NCBI GenBank assembly: GCA_046570105.1
Contig: JBKHVI010000070.1
Coordinates: 1 to 12,266 of the forward strand
Direction of reading: 5' to 3'
Source of the DNA: Bacteriovoracia bacterium
GTDB taxonomy: Bacteria > Bdellovibrionota > Bacteriovoracia > Bacteriovoracales > Bacteriovoracaceae
Length of the DNA stretch: 12,266 nt
The notes under the pieces are model-generated. The model was not told where the DNA came from. It saw only the letters and a list, made by a program, of their open reading frames with translations, and did not search any database. The position numbers were made by a program, and so were the translations under genes. Positions 6,964 to 12,266 of the stretch are shown here, one piece after another. Each line of letters opens with the position of its first letter. Within the stretch, counting starts at the first letter, position 1.

Positions 6964-9587
6964 CTCTGACCGAGGTAGCGGCTCGCCACTTCAAAGACGT
7001 CCTTCGAGGGCGCCCCTTCCACCAGCGCTTTAAGGGCCGTTTTCATCTGAGTCTTTCTTCCCTCATCCATTTTTTGCAATAAAGAGAAAGCAGCACCAGT
7101 TAAGCGTGAGGCGACCTGCGGATTGAATTTATCGATCTCTGCAATTCGACTCGCCATGAAGCGATAACCTGATCCGTTATCAGCATGAAAGCCCATCAAA
7201 TTTCCTCGCGCAAATCCGCCGTAAAGACTGCGCAGATCATTAGGAACTTTCGCTCTAAAAGCTTCATTTCTTTCAAGCTTCTCGAGGCGCGTGAGTACAT
7301 CTTTGGCCGGAGTGAAAGAGGCCTGAGCACCAAACCAGCGCAACATAACCAGCGGTTCATGTTTCCACTTGCGATAGAAATGCGTGAGCGCTTCCTCGGA
7401 ATTGTCGCCGCCCTTCATGCAATAGAGTGCCAGACCTGTCGCTTCTTCCGTCATGGTTTGCGCTTGATAGAAGTGATCTTTCAATACACCATCAGCGCCG
7501 GTCACATTGCCTTTGATCAGCATCGCGAGGGCGCGATTTTTGAGCGCTCGTGAGGCCATCGCCTGTGATGAAACATCACCTTTGCGCGGGTCTTGGAATT
7601 TTTTGTAAATCGAGAGCCATTGCTCAGCGAAGCTTGCGCCGATCAAATGATTAAAATGCTTATGTGCATCGTGCACTTCTTGAATGCGGACAATATCAAG
7701 TTCTTGATGCAATTGAGATTCTGAGGGAAGCTCGAACAGATGCGCCTTAAAGGCGGGATCAAGCAAGTCATCTTTAATAATCTGCCCTAGCCCATGAGAG
7801 AGTTCGGGTGCCAATTGCGCTGGAAGTTGTTGGCCATCAACTAATAGTTTTACCCAAGACTTGAGAGTGTCAGTATACACGCGCTGAAGAGCTTCATAGC
7901 GAGAAACCGCATCGGTGTCATAGGCGACTAAATGCAAAAGATCTTTTTCAGTATAGGGATAATCCACATGCACGGGAGCTGAGAAACTGCGATTCCATGA
8001 AGGCGTCGGAAGACTTGTGACATTTTCAATCACAAAAGTTTCATCAAGCTTTGTGAGCTCAATCACCTGTTCAGATCCGATCATTTTTCCGTCAGCTGCA
8101 AATAGCGCCATCTTGAATGGAATATGCAGAACGTTGTTCTCTAGGCGCTCATTCATCACCGAAGGATAAACTTGTTTCACGTTGATACTGTAGCTTTTTT
8201 TGGCAGCATCATAGTTCGTAACCACTTTCAAGGTCGGAGTACCGGGACGTGAGTACCAGTTTTTAAATTGCGTAAAATCTCTACCAGAAACAGCTTCCAT
8301 GGAAGAAATAAAATCTTCTGTAGTGACCGCTTGCCCGTCATGACGGCGGAAATATTCAGTAATCCCTTTTTTGAAGTTCTTATCGCCAATTAAAGTATGG
8401 ATCATGCGAATAACTTCGGCACCTTTCTCATAAATCGTAGCGGTGTAGAAGTTATTAATCTCAATATAGCTTGAAGGTCGAATCGGATGACTCATGGGAC
8501 CTGCGTCCTCAGAGAATTGAGCTTCTTTTAAGCGTTTCACATCTTCAATACGCTTAACCGCTCGTGAGAGCATGTCAGCCGAGAACTCTTGATCACGAAA
8601 AACCGTGAGCCCCTCTTTAAGAGTTAATTGAAACCAGTCACGGCAAGTGACACGGTTGCCGGTCCAGTTATGAAAGTACTCGTGGCCTACTACACCTTCG
8701 ATACCTTGAAAGTCAGCATCAGTCGCAGTCGTGGCATCGGCCAGTACATAAGCCGAGTTAAAAATATTCAGTCCCTTATTTTCCATGGCACCGAAGTTAA
8801 AACTCTCCACCGCGACGATCATATAAATATCTAGATCGTATTCTAGCCCAAAAGTTTCTTCATCCCACTTCATAGCATTTTTTAGTGAGTGTAGTGCATG
8901 GGCGGTTTTTTTGCCTTGGCCCTTATCGACATAAACTTCTAGGGCAACATTACGACCTGAGCTGGTTTTATAAGTATCAGTCGCTAGTTCCAAATCTCCC
9001 GCTACTGCGGCAAAGAGATAGGCCGGTTTTCTAAACGGATCCACCCATGAAACCATGTGGCGGCCATTGGGCAAATCCGCTTGATCGACGCGGTTGCCGT
9101 TAGAGAGCAACATCGGAAAGCGTTTTTTATCCGCCAGCAAAGTGGTTTTAAATTTCGCCATGACATCGGGGCGATCGATAAAATAAGTGATCTTCCTAAA
9201 ACCTTCCGGCTCACACTGAGTACAGAAAATATCGCCCGACTGATAGAAGCCCTCAAGTGCGGTATTTTTATGCGGAAAAATTTTATTTTTGATTTCGATT
9301 TCAACTTTGTCTTGTGAGACACCGTGAATGATTAAACGGTCCGTCGCCAGAGCGTACTCACCTGAATGAAGCTCTACCCCATCACGAGTTATGCCTAAGA
9401 GTTCCATGCCTTCACCTAAAAGTTCTAACTCAAGGGCACCTTTGGGTGCTGTTTCAGAACGCAGAATAGAAAGTTTCGCCGTCACATTTGTGTATTCATC
9501 AAAAATATCCATCGTAAGATCGATGGTATCGACGCGAAAGTGAGGGGCCTTGTAATCGCGTAAAAAAATCGTTTGCGGCGTTTTCAT
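6960..9587 (-). CDS. pepN: Aminopeptidase N (M1 zinc metallopeptidase, 875 aa)
   Basis: Motifs CTQCEPEGFR, GAMENKGLN, HEYFHNWTGNRVTCRDWFQLTLKEG, YEKGAEV and NPQVASRL. ATG 9587 has SD GGAG and an ATGA overlap with the upstream gene. Confidence 0.98.
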   Translation of the reverse strand: MKTPQTIFLRDYKAPHFRVDTIDLTMDIFDEYTNVTAKLSILRSETAPKGALELELLGEGMELLGITRDGVELHSGEYALATDRLIIHGVSQDKVEIEIKNKIFPHKNTALEGFYQSGDIFCTQCEPEGFRKITYFIDRPDVMAKFKTTLLADKKRFPMLLSNGNRVDQADLPNGRHMVSWVDPFRKPAYLFAAVAGDLELATDTYKTSSGRNVALEVYVDKGQGKKTAHALHSLKNAMKWDEETFGLEYDLDIYMIVAVESFNFGAMENKGLNIFNSAYVLADATTATDADFQGIEGVVGHEYFHNWTGNRVTCRDWFQLTLKEGLTVFRDQEFSADMLSRAVKRIEDVKRLKEAQFSEDAGPMSHPIRPSSYIEINNFYTATIYEKGAEVIRMIHTLIGDKNFKKGITEYFRRHDGQAVTTEDFISSMEAVSGRDFTQFKNWYSRPGTPTLKVVTNYDAAKKSYSINVKQVYPSVMNERLENNVLHIPFKMALFAADGKMIGSEQVIELTKLDETFVIENVTSLPTPSWNRSFSAPVHVDYPYTEKDLLHLVAYDTDAVSRYEALQRVYTDTLKSWVKLLVDGQQLPAQLAPELSHGLGQIIKDDLLDPAFKAHLFELPSESQLHQELDIVRIQEVHDAHKHFNHLIGASFAEQWLSIYKKFQDPRKGDVSSQAMASRALKNRALAMLIKGNVTGADGVLKDHFYQAQTMTEEATGLALYCMKGGDNSEEALTHFYRKWKHEPLVMLRWFGAQASFTPAKDVLTRLEKLERNEAFRAKVPNDLRSLYGGFARGNLMGFHADNGSGYRFMASRIAEIDKFNPQVASRLTGAAFSLLQKMDEGRKTQMKTALKALVEGAPSKDVFEVASRYLGQS

Positions 9588-10384
9588 AAAATCTCCCAAC
9601 TAATCTGATAGCCAGCGTGATTTCTAAGATTGATCACACCGGTAGAAAAAATTAAATACTGTCCCTTGATGCCGACGAGCTTGTCTTCAAGTAAGGGGTT
9701 TTTATCAAGCCCCAAAGACTTGACCTTTTCGGGCCACACCGTCACGGGATAATTAAACTGCAGAACGTCACTCTCCATATCTTCTAGGATAAAAGGCTTT
9801 AAGCTCTCGCCGACTTTGCTCCATAGATCTTTCTTAAGTGCCTTTAAATCAAGTGGCTCAGGATTACCTTTCAGCATGCGCTGCCAATTTGTTTTATCCG
9901 CCACATGCTCGCCGATCATCACTTCAATTTTTCCCGAATCAAGACGTGAAGACACTTTGAACATGGGAAGTGCTTGGAAGGCACCTTGATCGAGCCAGCG
10001 CGTCGGCACTTGTGTGCCACGAGTGATTCCCACTTTTGCACCGGAAGTATTAGCGAGGTAAACCACATGGGGTTTTAGACAATGCTCTTCGCCCCACTTG
10101 GGATCACGGCAGGTGCCTTTGGCGTAATGACACATTTCTGGTTTCACAATACAGATATCACATTCAGCCAGCTTCAACGTACATGGATAGCAGTAGCCTT
10201 GATTCCAAGATTTTTTTGTCGTCTTGCCACAATTAATACACGCGATTTTACCGTTAAAGCTCAGACGAATGCGCTCACCTATCATGGGATTTAGTGGAGT
10301 GGATGTATCATCCAAACGCAGTTCATAGCCGACCACTTCACCCGGAAGTGCTTTCATTTTACGTAGATGCCCTTCAAGCTTCAT
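9584..10384 (-). CDS. DUF2797 domain-containing Cys-rich protein (266 aa)
   Basis: Family pattern G-x-L-R-K-M, CINCGKTTKKSWNQGYCYPC, CDICIVKPEMCHY, VYLANTSGAKVGITR, KTNWQRML and GIKGQYLIF. The start at 10384 (MKLEGHLRKM) fits the family N-terminus better than 10450. Confidence 0.9.
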   Translation of the reverse strand: MKLEGHLRKMKALPGEVVGYELRLDDTSTPLNPMIGERIRLSFNGKIACINCGKTTKKSWNQGYCYPCTLKLAECDICIVKPEMCHYAKGTCRDPKWGEEHCLKPHVVYLANTSGAKVGITRGTQVPTRWLDQGAFQALPMFKVSSRLDSGKIEVMIGEHVADKTNWQRMLKGNPEPLDLKALKKDLWSKVGESLKPFILEDMESDVLQFNYPVTVWPEKVKSLGLDKNPLLEDKLVGIKGQYLIFSTGVINLRNHAGYQISWEIL

Positions 10385-10421
10385 CGGACTAATCCAGTTT
10401 TGTGAAATTGTTAAAAGGGTT

Positions 10422-10441
10422 TTTTTTGCACTCGCAAAAAA
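10422..10441. promoter_or_regulatory. Palindrome between divergent genes (operator candidate)
   Basis: TTTTTTGC-ACTC-GCAAAAAA, 8-bp arms with a 4-nt spacer. Confidence 0.3.
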
Positions 10442-10446
10442 GTTCC

Positions 10447-10474
10447 TCAACTCTAGGCCAAACGACGCCGAAAC
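10447..10474 (+). promoter_or_regulatory. Possible sigma28/FliA-type promoter
   Basis: TCAAC-N15-GCCGAAAC, about 40 nt upstream of ATG 10516. Confidence 0.4.
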
Positions 10475-10515
10475 TCAAAGCACCAGTTTATTTAACTCTC
10501 TCTAAGGATGGATTT

Positions 10516-11172
10516 ATGCAGAGAATGTCTCATGTAGTTCGTATGATGGCGCTGACCATTATGACTACCCTCGCCGTGAGCTGTGGCTCACAACCTGAAC
10601 TTCCACAGATCGATGGAATTAAGGGCCCTTTCTTTAACGTCCAAGACGGTAAAGTGCTTATTTCGGTCACTTTTGAACAGTTGGAACTTGTAGGCGGCGG
10701 TACTTTCCCAATCTCAAAAATGCCGGGCTCTCAGTTCGAACTTGCTCCAGCTCAGTTCGGTGGAACTTTGATGCAAGTTTCTTTGGACATCTCTGATATC
10801 GACAACACAGATTGGGGCCTAGTTGATCCAACAACTCTTCCAGGCGGCCGTCCGCTTCCAGGAATCGTTGGCGGTAAATTGCCAGCTCTTGCTATGCAAG
10901 TTGAAGAGTTGAACGATGCTACTTTCTACGTTTCTAAGCAAGTCTTCGGCTTCTTCGTACCATTCAAAGTTGATGCTTCTGGTGCTATCGTGACTTTCCG
11001 TCTCAATATGGACAACAAGCACATTGGTAACATCTCTTTGGTAGGTAACGATCAGAGCGGTGAAAACGGTGGTCTTCTTCTTCTGATGAACCTCAACAAA
11101 GACGGCAAAGCACGTCTTAAGAAGTTGATCGACTACTCTAAGAAAAAGCAGAACAAAGGTAAGTTGTTCTAA
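10516..11172 (+). CDS. Uncharacterised lipoprotein (218 aa)
   Basis: SD AAGGA (10504-10508); signal peptide with lipobox LAVS-C; Pro/Gly motif DPTTLPGGRPLPGIVGGKLPALA; basic C-terminus; frequent AAC/TTC/ATC/GGT codons. Confidence 0.85.
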   Translation: MQRMSHVVRMMALTIMTTLAVSCGSQPELPQIDGIKGPFFNVQDGKVLISVTFEQLELVGGGTFPISKMPGSQFELAPAQFGGTLMQVSLDISDIDNTDWGLVDPTTLPGGRPLPGIVGGKLPALAMQVEELNDATFYVSKQVFGFFVPFKVDASGAIVTFRLNMDNKHIGNISLVGNDQSGENGGLLLLMNLNKDGKARLKKLIDYSKKKQNKGKLF

Positions 11173-11191
11173 TTTCGAAAGCTTAGCTCAT

Positions 11192-11222
11192 AAGGGCCCC
11201 TCTCGGGGCCCTTTCTTTTTTT
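11192..11222 (+). terminator. Rho-independent terminator
   Basis: AAGGGCCCC-TCTC-GGGGCCCTT followed by TCTTTTTTT. Confidence 0.9.
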
Positions 11223-11266
11223 CACACTCCCCCCGCCCAGGCCTTTTGACCCCCTATCATCTAAAG

Positions 11267-12266
11267 ATGAAAACTTTATTTTTAAGCACCCTGCTCCTGG
11301 TCGCGGCCTGTGGAAAAAAGGCCCAAGAAACCGCTAAAAAGGCGACTGAGTCCAACATCCCTCAATTAGAGAACCTTACGGAGAGCGATAATCTACGCCA
11401 TGCCGTCGAAGGCAATGATCCCCGCAGTGTGGAAACCCTTTTGCGTCGTGGAATTAATCCTGAACTTTTATTCTCTGATGGCTCATCTTTACTCACTTAT
11501 GCCATCACTCATAACTATGCATCGATCGTAGAAGTGCTCCTCTTGAGTGGTGCTGATCATGGCCGTCGCGATAAAAATGGTCTGATGCCCATCTTTGCAG
11601 CGCTCGATATGAAAAATCCCATTCTGGTTCGTTTGCTGGTGGTCAATGGAGCTGCCATTAATATTCGCGATCCTTATGAGCGCACTCCTCTCATGCTTGC
11701 CATTAAAGCGGGCGAAGAGGCCTTGGCCAAGTGGTTAATCGAGCGCGGAGCTGAAGTAGATGCGCGTGATTCACGTGGCCGCGATGCTGTTCAATACGCA
11801 CAAGACAATGGTTTCCCCGCTCTTGCTAATTCAATTCGTGTTCGCATTGAACTGATTAAAGGTGTCACTAACACAGATCTCTTGCGTGAACTTTTAGAGA
11901 TGGGTGATATCGATGGCGTGCGTTTTTTATTAGGTGAAAAATCAGACATCCTGCAAATGCCGATGATGCCAAGTGCGCTCCATTTGGCGATTGAGATTGC
12001 TGATGTTGAGAAGGCCGCCTTAGCGACCAATCTGTTACTCTCTTATAATATTGATCCCAAAGGCAGCGAGATTGATACTCATCCACCCATCGCACATGCT
12101 GCCTTATTGGGCCGCATTCCATTGATGAAGATTTTAATTGAAGCGGGAGCAGACAAGAATCAACTCGATAAAGAATCACACTCTCCGCTCATCCACGCTA
12201 TTATGGAGTACCAAGAAGAAGTGGTGGAATATCTTGTGACTCTCAAAGCGAAAAAAGATTATACCG
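11267..12266 (+). CDS. Ankyrin-repeat lipoprotein (partial, at least 333 aa, runs off the window)
   Basis: Hand translation: MKTLFLSTLLLVAA-C (lipobox), then ankyrin repeats such as DGSSLLTYAI...LLLSGAD, RTPLMLAIKAG...LIERGAEVDARD and HSPLIHAI. There is no stop before the window end, so it is absent from the ORF track. Confidence 0.92.
   Translation, partial: MKTLFLSTLLLVAACGKKAQETAKKATESNIPQLENLTESDNLRHAVEGNDPRSVETLLRRGINPELLFSDGSSLLTYAITHNYASIVEVLLLSGADHGRRDKNGLMPIFAALDMKNPILVRLLVVNGAAINIRDPYERTPLMLAIKAGEEALAKWLIERGAEVDARDSRGRDAVQYAQDNGFPALANSIRVRIELIKGVTNTDLLRELLEMGDIDGVRFLLGEKSDILQMPMMPSALHLAIEIADVEKAALATNLLLSYNIDPKGSEIDTHPPIAHAALLGRIPLMKILIEAGADKNQLDKESHSPLIHAIMEYQEEVVEYLVTLKAKKDYT

Noticed and set aside
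10401..10416. TGTGAAATTGTTAAAA resembling a CRP site or lac operator half
   Set aside because: The second half-site is poor, and a chance match is likely in AT-rich intergenic DNA.
10385..10515. Apparent head-to-head overlap of ORFs 9584-10450 (-) and 10402-11172 (+)
   Set aside because: It is an artefact of longest-start calling; the better starts at 10384 and 10516 leave a 131-bp intergenic region.
357..11022. Other short nested or antisense ORFs in the track (e.g. 357-665, 537-887, 4073-4288, 5412-5738, 7185-7553, 9002-9322, 10819-11022)
   Set aside because: They overlap well-supported genes almost entirely and show no motifs.
11791..12179. Two minus-strand ORFs (79 and 103 aa)
   Set aside because: They are shadows of the + strand ankyrin CDS and show no recognisable protein features.
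1..12266. CRISPR array, tRNA/rRNA, IS/integrase or defence system
   Set aside because: I saw no spaced repeats, structural RNA signatures, transposase or defence-type domains, and intergenic gaps are short and accounted for.

Overview
This is a chromosomal window from a bacterium that, by gene content, looks like a predatory Bdellovibrionota (Bacteriovoracaceae-like); the taxon is an inference. In order, it encodes: a secreted S8 protease with a C-terminal CUB domain (-); a degenerate PilZ-like protein and a DUF4340-like protein (+); rpmG/L33 (-, missed by the ORF track); a small protein with a CxxC tail (+); a coupled pair of a CinA-like/nucleotidyltransferase-like protein and a lipoate-protein ligase (-); an unannotated 35-aa ORF with its own extended -10 promoter (+); a coupled DUF2797-pepN pair (-); a codon-biased lipoprotein (+); and an ankyrin-repeat lipoprotein that runs off the right end (+, missed by the ORF track). 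I found no mobile element, CRISPR array, rRNA/tRNA or recognisable defence system. The best leads are a 21-bp GT-N7-AC (NrtR-box-like) palindrome over the promoter of the nucleotidyltransferase-like/lplA operon, the hidden small protein, and a repeated leaderless promoter architecture.
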